In this document: piece by piece, positions 20,218-29,826 of the stretch
How the letters are laid out: the number at the start of each line of letters is the position of its first letter
How positions within the stretch are numbered: the first letter of the stretch is position 1
DNA from: Desulfarculaceae bacterium
Lineage (GTDB): Bacteria > Desulfobacterota > Desulfarculia > Desulfarculales > Desulfarculaceae
Assembly: GCA_050116255.1 (NCBI GenBank)
Contig: JASFOZ010000001.1
Location: forward strand, 1 to 43,167
DNA: 43,167 nucleotides
Direction of reading: 5' to 3'
Notes under the pieces: generated by a model
The model's input: the letters and a program-made list of their open reading frames with translations, nothing else
Databases searched by the model: none
What the model was told of the DNA's origin: nothing
Position numbers and translations under genes: made by a program

Positions 20218-21246
20218 TTAGGGTGAAGGCAGGCGGGAGGTTTTCAACTCAAACTCAAGCAGCAGAGTGTCCTGAAGGCCGGAATAATTGTCATCTGAGA
20301 TCAGGTAGATCAGGGTCCGGTCCTGAGGCCCGCTGCAGACAGCAAGCCCCTCAAAGTTGTCCAGGGTCAAAGGCGGTTCCAGGGTGGCCAGAACCTGGGG
20401 ATCCATCTTGGCCCCGGCATAGACTTGATTCTGGGCCAGGACTGTCAGTCTGGCGCTCCATTGCCCTGGAAAGCGGTAACGCCTTTCCAGCACCAGGACT
20501 CCGCCCCCAGGGAGCGCATCGGCAGCGGTGGGCTTGAAGCCATGGCTTGTCTTATATTGCAGACGCCGCCAAATTTGATCCCTTACCGCCCCTTGGGTGT
20601 AGCCTTGGTTGCCATGGTCCTCGGCCATGGCCAATAGACGCCCGTCTTTTAGGTAGGTCAGTGCCTCCACACCCTGATTGAATGGCGCCGATTCCAACCA
20701 AGCCGGCAGGGTTATGGGGCTGGGCCTTTGTCCCAAGGGCTCCACAGCAGCAGGATAGAGCCAGAGCCGGTGCCGGCCTTCAAAGGCCACCACCACATCT
20801 CCGGCGGGCGACAGGGCCAGGGATTCGGCATCTCGCATGTTGCGGGTGCTCAGGAAGCGGCCTGCCGGGTCTTGGAGTCGGCCCAGGCGGGCATGGCTCA
20901 AGCCGGCCAATTCGCCGCCTGCAAGATGATTAAGGCGGGCGCTGAGCCAATAGCCCCGGTCAGAGACAGCCAAGAGATTTTTCCCTTGGGGGCTTATAAG
21001 GAGACCGGAGAAGCCGCCAAAGCCTGGCGCGCCGCAGCGCAGCCTGAGGCCGCCGCGATAAAGCAGGGCCCCCACCTGCCGCTCAGATCGGTCTTCAGGG
21101 TTGAGAGGGACGGCCATAGCCTCTATGGTGATGGATTGACTGGGTTGCTGCGGGGCCGGATGCGGCGGCTCCTTGATACAGCCGCACACACATACGGCTG
21201 CGGCCAAGATAATAATCTTTAAGATATTGTCTTTACCCTTTGGCAT
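20218..21246 (-). CDS. esterase-like activity of phytase family lipoprotein (Phytase-like, PF13449-type)
   Basis: Lipobox AAVCVCGC. FSGLLISPQGKNLLAVSDRGYWLSARL and the C-terminal NFEGLAV...LISDDN pattern match my recollection of this family. Confidence 0.7.
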   Translation of the reverse strand: MPKGKDNILKIIILAAAVCVCGCIKEPPHPAPQQPSQSITIEAMAVPLNPEDRSERQVGALLYRGGLRLRCGAPGFGGFSGLLISPQGKNLLAVSDRGYWLSARLNHLAGGELAGLSHARLGRLQDPAGRFLSTRNMRDAESLALSPAGDVVVAFEGRHRLWLYPAAVEPLGQRPSPITLPAWLESAPFNQGVEALTYLKDGRLLAMAEDHGNQGYTQGAVRDQIWRRLQYKTSHGFKPTAADALPGGGVLVLERRYRFPGQWSARLTVLAQNQVYAGAKMDPQVLATLEPPLTLDNFEGLAVCSGPQDRTLIYLISDDNYSGLQDTLLLEFELKTSRLPSP

Positions 21247-21371
21247 ATCTTAACTATAAACTCTAACCCAGCAGCGCGCCTCTGACATGGAGATTGGATT
21301 TGAGCCCCATGATTTTTCCTCAACCTTGAGGCTGGCCAGACCGGCAAGGCTTAAGACAAGGGAGTTGGCTT

Positions 21372-21839
21372 ATGAAATTGGCACCGATTCAAGATTTTTA
21401 CCCTCCTGAAATCGCTATTTGCTACGGATGCGGCCCTTACAACGCCCAAGGCCTGCATATCCAGACCTATTGGGACGGCAAGGAAGGCCGGTGCCATTTC
21501 CGCCCCCAGCCTCAACACACCGCCTTTCCGGGTACGGTTTACGGGGGCCTCATCGCCAGCGTTATCGATTGCCACAGCATCGGCACCGCCGTGGCCTCGG
21601 CCTATGAGGCCGAAGGACGTGAGCCCGGCACCTCTCCCCAAATCACCTTTGTCACCGGCACCTTGAAAGTGACTTATTTAAAGCCCACTCCCATGGACCA
21701 AGAGCTGTTGCTTCGTTCCCGGGTGGAGTCAATGGAGCCGCGCAAGACCTTGGTGGTCACTTCTTTATACGCGGGGGATCAGGAATGCGCCCTGGGCGAG
21801 GTGGTGGCGGTGCGGGCCCCTTGGGTGGGGGGAAAATAG
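21372..21839 (+). CDS. PaaI family (hotdog fold) thioesterase
   Basis: 155 aa. CYGCGPYNAQGLHI, then PGTVYGGLIASVIDCH, typical of PaaI/4HBT hotdog thioesterases. Confidence 0.8.
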   Translation: MKLAPIQDFYPPEIAICYGCGPYNAQGLHIQTYWDGKEGRCHFRPQPQHTAFPGTVYGGLIASVIDCHSIGTAVASAYEAEGREPGTSPQITFVTGTLKVTYLKPTPMDQELLLRSRVESMEPRKTLVVTSLYAGDQECALGEVVAVRAPWVGGK

Positions 21840-21854
21840 GTTTTAAGCCTTTGG

Positions 21855-22526
21855 CTACTGGCTGGGAGCCTCTCCGGGTTTAGGCTTGGTCTTCTTTGCC
21901 GGCGGGGGAGGAGGCTGTTTGAATACAGGCGCTTTGAACAGGGAATCTTGCCTCTGTTTTTGGGAGATAAGCTTCCTGAGCAAGGCGTCGCCCCGTTTTA
22001 AGGCCCGAATCAGGCCGGCGATGGAAGGTTTGGCTTTGGGGTCGTCTTCATAGGGGAGGGCCATGTAAAAAGGCTGGTCCTCCATCCAGCCCAGATGCCG
22101 GATTCTGACCGCACAATAGGCTCCCTGTTGGCTGGAGACAAAGGAGACGATTACATCATGATCAATGCGCACGATCTCCTTTTCAGTGTCAACTTGGTTT
22201 TTGCGGGCTGCCCGGGCCCAACGGTTTCCGGTGTTGAGGGCCTCCACTAGGTTCTCCCGGGCCAGGGGTTCAAACACCTTTTGGTCCGAAAATATCTCCT
22301 TGGTCATTTCTATGCGGTAAACGGCGATGTTCCAGGCCAGGCGGCGCTTTGGCAACACCTCCAGGCTCCAGGCCGCGCACTGGCGCTGCTTGGTGCGTTC
22401 GCGGGTGTAGCAATCCATGCTGCGGAATATGGTCAGTCCGCTCTCTGGCTCTTGCGCCCATAGGCAAGGCGCCGCCACGGCCATCATTATAAGGGCTGAC
22501 AAAAAGGCAAATGTCTTTAGACCCAT
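21855..22526 (-). CDS. hypothetical exported protein with Pro/Lys-rich C-terminal tail
   Basis: Signal peptide MGLKTFAFLSALIMMAVAAPCLWA|QE. C-terminus KQPPPPPAKKTKPKPGEAPSQ. Starts 12 nt after the PPDK_N-like gene. Confidence 0.6.
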   Translation of the reverse strand: MGLKTFAFLSALIMMAVAAPCLWAQEPESGLTIFRSMDCYTRERTKQRQCAAWSLEVLPKRRLAWNIAVYRIEMTKEIFSDQKVFEPLARENLVEALNTGNRWARAARKNQVDTEKEIVRIDHDVIVSFVSSQQGAYCAVRIRHLGWMEDQPFYMALPYEDDPKAKPSIAGLIRALKRGDALLRKLISQKQRQDSLFKAPVFKQPPPPPAKKTKPKPGEAPSQ

Positions 22527-22538
22527 GTTGGCGGATTC

Positions 22539-24878
22539 CTAATCCTGCGAGGCAGCGGGCCCTAAAAAGCCCACGGCCATGGGTTGAGAGCCGTCCACAT
22601 ATATCTGCAACTTGGCCCCTTGACTAAGAGAGGGCACGTGCAAGACTTTGACCACCCCTTCCAGGCCCTGGAGCTGCTTTTTAAGCTCCGGGGGAGGCTC
22701 ATGATTGCCGGCGAAGAACTCGCGGTTAAAGGCGGCATCAGGCGCCTCAGGGTATATGGGCAGGGGAATGATGTTGCCCTCCACCAGGTCGTGAAAGAAG
22801 TGGGTGCCGTAAGACACATCGGGTACGGACCCGTTTTTGGTCCAGGCCATTTCAATCAGCATGCGGCAGTGATTGATATCCGCGTAGGTCACCTTCACGC
22901 CCAGGTCGATGTTATTGCTGCCCCAGCGCCCCGGCCCCATGAGGATGAATTGCTTGTCCTTTAAGAGCCGGTTCAGTTGCCCCACCAGGCTGGCCACCTT
23001 CATTTTAGCCTCGCCGCTTTCCAGGGCGTGATAGGCAGGGGCGTCCACATAAACAATATACTCCACATCCCGAATCACCGCCGAGGAGTAGCCGTGGCGG
23101 GAGGTGAACAGGATCCTGTCCTGGGGCACGTCGGTGGGAATAGCCACCTCTCCCACGTCTTGAAACTGGGAATAGGCCCGGCATTGCAGGATATAGATCT
23201 TGCCGCCTTCATAGGCGAACTCCACCTCCACCGGCTGCCCTATGGCTTCTTCCAGTTTCCTTAGCACCTTGCGCATTATACCGGAGAATTTTTTATCGCT
23301 GAGCAGTCCTTCGAAAGTCAGGCAGACCTTCTCTTTACCCGGGTCCACCCGGGTCAAGGGCCGGGTCAACACCCCGCCGCGATCCACCGAGGCCAGCCGG
23401 CCCAGGTCGGGCTGGTTCAGCTCGGGCAGCAGTTCCTTTAGAGGGACTGTCTCTAATTGGTTTGTCTCCAGGTTCAAAACATCCACCAGGCGTTGCGAAT
23501 ATTTGATGATCTGCGCCTTGGTGGCCTCGGGACGCAAAAGGGGCTCGGTCAAGGGGACCAGGCGGGTGTAGTCAGGCCCCACCCGGTCAACCGCCCGGGT
23601 GCCCAGGCCCATCACCAGCCGCAGCAGACCGTCTTCTCTTTTGATGCGGGGGGACCAGATGAAATTGTTGGTGCTTACCGCCACCCCTGCAGCAGCGGGG
23701 TAGAAATAGCGTCCATGGTGGCTGCCCACCACCTCTTGAACCAAGAGGCACATGCGTTCGTTGTAATCCAACAGCCCCCGCTCCCGGCGGTAGGTCATCA
23801 CGTCCGGCGAGTAGGTGGAGGCGTAGACTTCTTTCATGGCCTCCTCCAATGCCGCCAAACGCTCATCCATGGTGCCCTGGTTGGCCACAAAAACACTGGT
23901 GTATTTGCCGGAGAAGGCGAAGCCGGAGTTGTCTTCCAGGTAGCTGGAGGAGCGGACTATAAGGGGATGCTCTCCCACCTCCTCCAGCAGATCCCGCATC
24001 TTTTCCTCCATGTCCGGAGGAAATTTCGAGATCAGGCAGGACTCGCAGACCAGAGGGTATTCCTCGGCGATCTGGTCCAGGTCCTTGTATTTTTGATCCA
24101 CCAGCACTTCCAGCCCGGGGTTGAATTCCTTAAAGGCGTCATGCGCGTCCGAACGGAAGAAAAAGGATTTAGGCGCTGTGATGACCTCGGCCAGCTCCGG
24201 GTCCAGCTCTTCCAGGGTGGGATGCAAAATGGACATGGCCAGGAGCATGCCGGCGGATTTGCCCCCGATGCGGCCGGAGCCGCCTTCGTGGCCGATGATA
24301 TAAGGGGCCAGATCGCAAATTCCCCGTATGGTGATGTGGTGTTTGGCAACCCCCAGGTAGGGCAGGTGGCCCGAGATGATGAATTCGATCAACGCGGCGC
24401 GGATGCCCAAGAGCTCGGACGGCGCCACCCTCTTTTCGCCCAGGGGGAGGCCGCAGAACTCCCGCAGGCGCTGCCAGACCTCCTGGCCGTTGGGGTTGCT
24501 TTTGCTCAGGGCCTGCCTTAAGGCCAAGGCCCTTTTTCGCTTGCGCACGAAGTTGATGCATTCGTCTATTTCATGTTCGCTCAAATGACTGGCGGCGTGG
24601 GTGTCGATAAGGGCGTTGCGCTGCATGGCCACCAACTCTTCGGATGAGAATATGGCCAGGCGGCCCGCCTGCCCTGGGGGCAGGGTGGCAAGCCGCCTGG
24701 CCTCGTCTTCGAGGTGGCCTTCGTCCAAGGCATGTTGGGAGACCATCTCCTCCAAAAGCTCCTGGCGTATCTGATCGGCCAGGTCCGGAAAACGGGAGAT
24801 CTTTTGGCCCACCACATGGGCCGCGATCGCCTCCGGGGAGATGGTCTCTTTAGAGCCTTTGGCGTTGATGTCTGTCAA
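22539..24878 (-). CDS. PEP/pyruvate-binding (PPDK_N, ATP-grasp) domain protein lacking a swivel phosphohistidine domain
   Basis: 779 aa. [34 protein letters not shown] and LLVQEVVG are PPDK_N hallmarks. No GGxTSHAA-type motif is visible. TTG start at 24878 overlaps the gdhA TGA (TTGA). Confidence 0.8.
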   Translation of the reverse strand: MTDINAKGSKETISPEAIAAHVVGQKISRFPDLADQIRQELLEEMVSQHALDEGHLEDEARRLATLPPGQAGRLAIFSSEELVAMQRNALIDTHAASHLSEHEIDECINFVRKRKRALALRQALSKSNPNGQEVWQRLREFCGLPLGEKRVAPSELLGIRAALIEFIISGHLPYLGVAKHHITIRGICDLAPYIIGHEGGSGRIGGKSAGMLLAMSILHPTLEELDPELAEVITAPKSFFFRSDAHDAFKEFNPGLEVLVDQKYKDLDQIAEEYPLVCESCLISKFPPDMEEKMRDLLEEVGEHPLIVRSSSYLEDNSGFAFSGKYTSVFVANQGTMDERLAALEEAMKEVYASTYSPDVMTYRRERGLLDYNERMCLLVQEVVGSHHGRYFYPAAAGVAVSTNNFIWSPRIKREDGLLRLVMGLGTRAVDRVGPDYTRLVPLTEPLLRPEATKAQIIKYSQRLVDVLNLETNQLETVPLKELLPELNQPDLGRLASVDRGGVLTRPLTRVDPGKEKVCLTFEGLLSDKKFSGIMRKVLRKLEEAIGQPVEVEFAYEGGKIYILQCRAYSQFQDVGEVAIPTDVPQDRILFTSRHGYSSAVIRDVEYIVYVDAPAYHALESGEAKMKVASLVGQLNRLLKDKQFILMGPGRWGSNNIDLGVKVTYADINHCRMLIEMAWTKNGSVPDVSYGTHFFHDLVEGNIIPLPIYPEAPDAAFNREFFAGNHEPPPELKKQLQGLEGVVKVLHVPSLSQGAKLQIYVDGSQPMAVGFLGPAASQD

Positions 24879-26122
24879 ACCCAGCCCCTGATTTTCATCG
24901 CCTCCACCACCCGCGCCAAGGCCACCTGGTAGGCGGCGGCGCGCATAGGTATTTTGCCTTCTACGTGTTCCAGATGCACGGACAAAAAGGCGTCGGTCAT
25001 TTTCCGCTCCAGCCTTTCATGCACCATCTCCAGATCCCAGTAGTATTGGCTGCCGTTTTGCACCATTTCAAAGTAAGATACGGTTACGCCGCCGGCGTTG
25101 GCCAAGAAATCGGGGAGCACAAACACACCCTTGTCGTGGAGGATCAAATCCGCCTCAGGGGTGGTGGGGCCGTTGGCCAGCTCGCAAACGATCTTGGCCT
25201 TGATGTTGGCGGCGTTCTGGTCGGTGATGACATTTTCCAAGGCAGATGGGAAAAGCACCGCCACCTCCATCTCCAAGAGATCCTCATTGCTGATGGGTTC
25301 GGAGCCAGGGAAGCCTTCCACCTGCCCGGTCTCCTGCTTATGCTCCACCAAGGCCTGTATATTAAGCCCGTCCGGGTTGTAAACGCCGCCTTTGGAATCA
25401 GAGGCGGCTACCAGGTTCAGGCCCAGGATCTCCTCGCCCAGCAAAGCGGCAAACTGGCCGGCGTTGCCAAAGCCTTGGATGGCCATGGTCTGGTTTTTTA
25501 GATCCATGCCCATCACCTTGGCTGCGGCCCGGGTTACATAGATTCCGCCCCGGGCGGTGGCATCGCCGCGGCCTTTGCTGCCCCCAAGCTGAAGAGGCTT
25601 GCCGGTGATGACCCCGGGATGAAATTTCTTTTCCAGGGTCTCGAATTCATCCATCATCCAGGCCATGATCTGGGGGTTGGTGTATACATCCGGTGCCGGC
25701 ACATCCAGCTCAATGCCCAGGTCTTTACCCAGGGCCCGGATATAGGCGCGGGCCAGTCTCTCTTGCTCGGTAGGGGTTAACTCTTTGGGATTACATACGA
25801 TACCGCCCTTGCCCCCACCCAGGGGTACATCCATGACCGCGGTTTTCCAGGTCATCCAGGCGGCCAAGGCCCGCACAGTGTCAATGGTTTCATCCGGATG
25901 CCAGCGGATGCCCCCTTTATAGGGGCCGCGGGCGCCGTTGTATTGAACCCTAAATGCCTGAAACACCTTAACACTGCCGTCGTCCATGCGCACGGGCAGG
26001 CGCAGCCAAATCTCTCTCTGGGGCCAGCGCAGCATTTCCCGAGTCTGGTCATCCAGGCCCATTCGTTCGGACGCTTCATCCACCTGCTGCTGGGCAATTG
26101 CAAAGGGGTTGAACCCTGACAT
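24875..26122 (-). CDS. gdhA: Glu/Leu/Phe/Val dehydrogenase family, glutamate dehydrogenase
   Basis: 415 aa. [11 protein letters not shown] catalytic Lys motif, PLGGGKGG, dinucleotide fold [11 protein letters not shown]. Confidence 0.92.
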   Translation of the reverse strand: MSGFNPFAIAQQQVDEASERMGLDDQTREMLRWPQREIWLRLPVRMDDGSVKVFQAFRVQYNGARGPYKGGIRWHPDETIDTVRALAAWMTWKTAVMDVPLGGGKGGIVCNPKELTPTEQERLARAYIRALGKDLGIELDVPAPDVYTNPQIMAWMMDEFETLEKKFHPGVITGKPLQLGGSKGRGDATARGGIYVTRAAAKVMGMDLKNQTMAIQGFGNAGQFAALLGEEILGLNLVAASDSKGGVYNPDGLNIQALVEHKQETGQVEGFPGSEPISNEDLLEMEVAVLFPSALENVITDQNAANIKAKIVCELANGPTTPEADLILHDKGVFVLPDFLANAGGVTVSYFEMVQNGSQYYWDLEMVHERLERKMTDAFLSVHLEHVEGKIPMRAAAYQVALARVVEAMKIRGWV

Positions 26123-26332
26123 TATAGTGCGCTCCTTTCTAAAGTATCCGCCCTATTGGTGTTTTCGACCTTTGCAAGGGCGGAACAGCATGGTGAAGAC
26201 AAATGGCCCCCCAATATGGGCGGCCGCGTCAACATAATATACCCGGCTTCAAAGGCCTCAATACGGCCCTTTTGCCGGATAGGCCTAAGCTAACAGGCAT
26301 TAATGCGGCAATCAAGACCCCTGGGTGTTTTT

Positions 26333-27406
26333 TTAGGGTTTTTGTCCCGATTTTGTGGCCCGGGTCCACCATATCTCGCCTTTTTTTGGGTCTCCCTTTT
26401 TGGACCAGGCGATCGCCAGGGAAAAACACACCTTGCGATGCCTGGGATGCAGCCGGTAGGTTTTTTCCAGGTCAGCTATGGCGCCATCTAAGTTTCCTTG
26501 CGTCATTCTAATGGACCCTCGATGGAAATAATAGTTGGGATCTTCAGGGTTTAGCTCAATGGCCCGGTTGAGGCTGGCAATGGCCGCCCCCAAGCGGCCG
26601 GCAATCTTTTGGGCCAGGGCCAGGCCAAAGTAGGCCTCCGGGCGTTTGGGGTCCAGTTTGGCGGCCTGGTGATAATGGCTGGTTGCCTTTTGCAGGTATT
26701 TTAGGCGTTGGGCGGGACCGTTTTTTTGAGCTCCCATCCGGCGCAGGTATTCGCTGGCCAGGTTAAGGTGGGGTAAGGCCATAAACTCCTGGGGGCCCAG
26801 AGACCTCATAAAAGCGCCCTTGCTCACGCCCACCCGCATACTGAAATTGGGGGCGTAATAATAATTCTCCTGGGTGTCCAAGTGCAGGCCTCTGAGGAAA
26901 TGGGAGTCAGATATCAGTGAACTGCTGGTGGTCTCCCAGTTGAGGTAATTTCCAGGGGCCAGTTCCCAGCGGATAAAGGAGTGGCGGGGCACCACCACCG
27001 CCTTAAGGGGCAGGTTCATTTTTTGGGCCACGCTCAGATAAAGGATGGTGAGCAGATCGCAATCCAATTTGTTTTGCTTGAGCCCCTGGTTTAACAGCTG
27101 GTGACGGCGGTAGCTGAAACTGCTTCCCAATACATGATGGATTATCTCCAGGACAAAGACGGCGTCCTCCTTGGTGGTCAAGGAATGCCCCTGTATTTCC
27201 TGTACTGCTTCATCCAAAATATCGTCAACCAGCTTGTAGTCGCCTGGCTCGGCCCCTAAATCCCGTTCCAGATCCAGAACCTGGTGGGCCAGGGTCTGGT
27301 GCCGGGGCTGATACTGGCTCAAGGTTTCATGTTTTATGGCCGGTCCGCAGGCGGCAACCAGCGCGAGTGCGGCCAAGGCGGCCCATAGCGGTAATCTGGC
27401 CTTCAT
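26333..27406 (-). CDS. transglutaminase-like plus TPR lipoprotein (SirB1/YchA-like architecture)
   Basis: Start at Met34 (MKARLPLWAALAALALVAACGP, lipobox). LDCDLLTILYLSVAQKMNLPLKAVVVPRHSFIRW carries the Cys/His of a transglutaminase-like core. C-terminal TPR repeats (EAYFGLALAQ..., YYFHRGSIRMTQGNLDGAIADLE). Confidence 0.75.
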   Translation of the reverse strand: MKARLPLWAALAALALVAACGPAIKHETLSQYQPRHQTLAHQVLDLERDLGAEPGDYKLVDDILDEAVQEIQGHSLTTKEDAVFVLEIIHHVLGSSFSYRRHQLLNQGLKQNKLDCDLLTILYLSVAQKMNLPLKAVVVPRHSFIRWELAPGNYLNWETTSSSLISDSHFLRGLHLDTQENYYYAPNFSMRVGVSKGAFMRSLGPQEFMALPHLNLASEYLRRMGAQKNGPAQRLKYLQKATSHYHQAAKLDPKRPEAYFGLALAQKIAGRLGAAIASLNRAIELNPEDPNYYFHRGSIRMTQGNLDGAIADLEKTYRLHPRHRKVCFSLAIAWSKKGDPKKGEIWWTRATKSGQKP

Positions 27407-28098
27407 GGGCGGGTAGGCTCCAGGGCGGGTTCCCAGGCGACCGCGAAAGGGTGTTCCTGGAACTGGACTATTGGCAGCAGGCGGTGGCTGTCCAAGGTGG
27501 TGCAAAAGACCAGGTCGCGTTCTTGCCCCAAACGGCGCAGGCGCTCGGCTCCGGGGCTGTTTAAGATCCTGTTCTTTAGAGAATCAAAGTCAGGCTTTCC
27601 GTCTTCAATCAGGTCTTTGAGATATTGGGCGGCCAGGGTGTCCTCCAGGGCCGGCTCCCGGGCCTGGAAGCCCATGGGCAGCAGGCTGAGGGCCTGAGCC
27701 GATATATGGGCCATGGCTGTTTTAAGCGGCCGGGCATTGGCAAAAGAGGCGAACCATATGGGTTTGGCCTGGCCGAGCCGGTGCACGGCCTGGGTTCCGG
27801 CCGAGGTGGTGAGCACCACGGTCTTCCCCCTGAGGTCCTGTCCGGCGGCTCGGGCTGGGGAGTTGTCGCCGTCAAATCCCCGGGGAGGGGTGCCGCCCCT
27901 TTCTCCCCACAGGAGCCAATCAGGGTGCCTGGTTTTATGGTCATAGGCGGTTTGCAGATCAGGCTCCAACAATACCCGGTCTGCCCCGGACGTGAGCAGG
28001 GAGATTATGGTGTTGCTGGCCCGGAAGATATCCAATATCACCACCGGACCCGATACCGCTTCTAACTCGTCTTGCATGCTCAGGATGTGGGCCCGCAT
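27403..28098 (-). CDS. comB: 2-phosphosulfolactate phosphatase family protein
   Basis: 231 aa. VVILDIFRASNTIISLL and later blocks are typical of the ComB family. The stop overlaps the downstream lipoprotein start (ATGA at 27403-27406). Confidence 0.85.
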   Translation of the reverse strand: MRAHILSMQDELEAVSGPVVILDIFRASNTIISLLTSGADRVLLEPDLQTAYDHKTRHPDWLLWGERGGTPPRGFDGDNSPARAAGQDLRGKTVVLTTSAGTQAVHRLGQAKPIWFASFANARPLKTAMAHISAQALSLLPMGFQAREPALEDTLAAQYLKDLIEDGKPDFDSLKNRILNSPGAERLRRLGQERDLVFCTTLDSHRLLPIVQFQEHPFAVAWEPALEPTRP

Positions 28099-28348
28099 TT
28101 TTTCTCCGAAAGGGCAAGGGCCTTGAACAAGCCAGGCCGGCCTGTGCCGCCTTGCTGGGTCGGGCCGGCCATTTTCTGAATCTGATCAGGGAGATTCCGC
28201 CGGGATCCCGCACACAGAGGCCACTCACGGCGGCAGGGGCAGGACTCCCAGGTACCAAGAGGCGATTATTCCCAGAATCAGCAGCAGTGTCAACCACTTG
28301 CTTATGGACATCTGCTATACATGCTCAGTGAAGGTTCATTTTCTAATA

Positions 28349-28357
28349 ATTTTAACA
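28349..28357 (-). promoter_or_regulatory. candidate extended -10 promoter (TGTTAAAAT) upstream of the comB operon
   Basis: On the minus strand, TGT-TAAAAT sits inside the only strongly AT-rich patch of the 450-bp spacer. The -35 is poor (CGGGCG). Confidence 0.3.
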
Positions 28358-28483
28358 CAGGTGGTTTCTGACGCCCGTTTTGGCCGCCGAGCAGGAGCTG
28401 ACAGCACTATTGGGTTGCCTGTACTGCGCCCCCAGGGACTGGTCAACTGGAGATGCAGGCCGGTTGTCATGGGTGAACAAGGT

Positions 28484-28521
28484 AAAAAACCCGCCAGCCG
28501 GGTCTAACCCAGCCGGCGGGG
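28484..28521 (-). terminator. rho-independent terminator of the 425-aa gene
   Basis: The minus strand reads CCCCGCCGGCTGGG-TTAGA-CCCGGCTGGCGGG followed by TTTTTT, about 30 nt after the stop at 28549. Confidence 0.55.
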
Positions 28522-28548
28522 TTTGGCGATGTTTTTGGCCGCTGCCTT

Positions 28549-29826
28549 TTATTGGGCGTTGACGCGGAAAAGATTACCGTTGCTGCCGAAGAAAGCGCCG
28601 TTCTTATAAGTTACGCCCCGCAGGATGCCGGAGCCGTTAAAACCTACCGAGCCGATTTCGTAGAGGTGCACGGTGCCGCCTTCTTTGATCGCCTCATAAA
28701 ATCCGATGGAACTGCCATTGCCTGAGGCTACGATGGGGCTCTTGGTCACGGGATGCACGGCGTAGCCGAACTCCGCTCCCTCCAGGCTGCCCACCTGATA
28801 GTAGTTGCCCGAGCCGTCGCGCTTATGCAGGGTTACGGGCATGAAGTTGGTGGGGTCGTTGCGGTAGGAGAACCAAGGCTGCCCATCAGCCCCAAAGAGG
28901 AAGATGACGTCGTTGAAGTTGCCGCCGTCCACAAAGGGGTCCCAGGCCTTGCGCTCGCCGTACATGGCCAGGTTGCCGCCTCCGGGTTGCTGGGCAAAAG
29001 ACCAGTAGCCCTGTTTGCCAGGGGCGCGCCTTCCATCGGGCTTGTAGTCCAGGCCTTGATCCCAGGCCCGGCTCTCTAAGAGGATGAAGTAGGTGAAGTT
29101 GTCGTTACCCTTTCCGGTTACCAAAACCCGGCCGTCGTCCAACACCACAAAACTGGTGGCAAAGATGCCGATGGCGTCGTGGGGGTTGGAAGCGCCGATG
29201 TAAAGCTGGTTGGTCCAGGTATCCCACTGCCCCGGAGTGGGGCCGTTATATTCCATGACCGACCCCTTCATGGGGTGGCCGATCTCATCTTGAGGCCATT
29301 CCGATCTGGCGTTGAGAGAACCGTAGCCCAAAAACTCGCGTCCGGTGCGGGGGCATAGTTGAGCGGAGCCCCAGTCGCTGCGGTCATGGTCGGTGTGGGA
29401 AAACTCGTACCCGAATCTCTCTTGCAGGGTTACTGTGCCGTTTTCATCCACGTAGAGTACGTGGTGCTTGCTGCCCTGTCCGTAGGATTTGGGCGCCACG
29501 TGGATCATATTAACCTTGACGTACAAGCCGTTTAGGCCTCTATAGTCATGGTAAGGCCCGGCGACTTTGTACAAATAACCGACACCGCCGCCGCCGTCAT
29601 CCCAGAAATAAAGGTCAGAACCGGTTGCGATTATCAACTGATCACGGTTGCCGTAGTTGAGCCGGGCTATGTTGTAAAGGCCGTCTGGCACATCATTGGC
29701 TACATGATCCACAGAGTAATTTCCAACGGCAGGGGCTTCCACTGGCGTGAGGATCAGACATAGGGCTATGGCACCGATAGCCAAACTCAGGTGTAAAAGA
29801 TTACTTACTGGACCAATCCGCTTCAT
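28549..29826 (-). CDS. hypothetical secreted protein, beta-propeller-like, no family recognised
   Basis: Strong SD AAGGAGG (29831-29837) and ATG 29826. Signal peptide MKRIGPVSNLLHLSLAIGAIALCLILTPVEAPA. The G/N/Y/W/D-rich mature part has 6-7 recurring short strand-like blocks. Confidence 0.75.
   Translation of the reverse strand: MKRIGPVSNLLHLSLAIGAIALCLILTPVEAPAVGNYSVDHVANDVPDGLYNIARLNYGNRDQLIIATGSDLYFWDDGGGGVGYLYKVAGPYHDYRGLNGLYVKVNMIHVAPKSYGQGSKHHVLYVDENGTVTLQERFGYEFSHTDHDRSDWGSAQLCPRTGREFLGYGSLNARSEWPQDEIGHPMKGSVMEYNGPTPGQWDTWTNQLYIGASNPHDAIGIFATSFVVLDDGRVLVTGKGNDNFTYFILLESRAWDQGLDYKPDGRRAPGKQGYWSFAQQPGGGNLAMYGERKAWDPFVDGGNFNDVIFLFGADGQPWFSYRNDPTNFMPVTLHKRDGSGNYYQVGSLEGAEFGYAVHPVTKSPIVASGNGSSIGFYEAIKEGGTVHLYEIGSVGFNGSGILRGVTYKNGAFFGSNGNLFRVNAQ

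Noticed and set aside
23457-24521. Long antisense ORFs opposite real genes. Examples: 23457..24521(+), 39529..40365(-), 41393..42124(+), 18865..19644(+), 4212..4973(-), 5289..5933(-), 15683..16387(-).
   Set aside because: These are typical shadow ORFs of GC-rich DNA. The translations are Arg/Gly/Pro/Ala-rich low-complexity with no motifs, while the opposite strand encodes proteins with unambiguous family motifs.
28298-28507. 69-aa plus-strand ORF in the comB / 425-aa gene spacer.
   Set aside because: No SD and an implausible composition. It also runs through the terminator hairpin of the convergent 425-aa gene.
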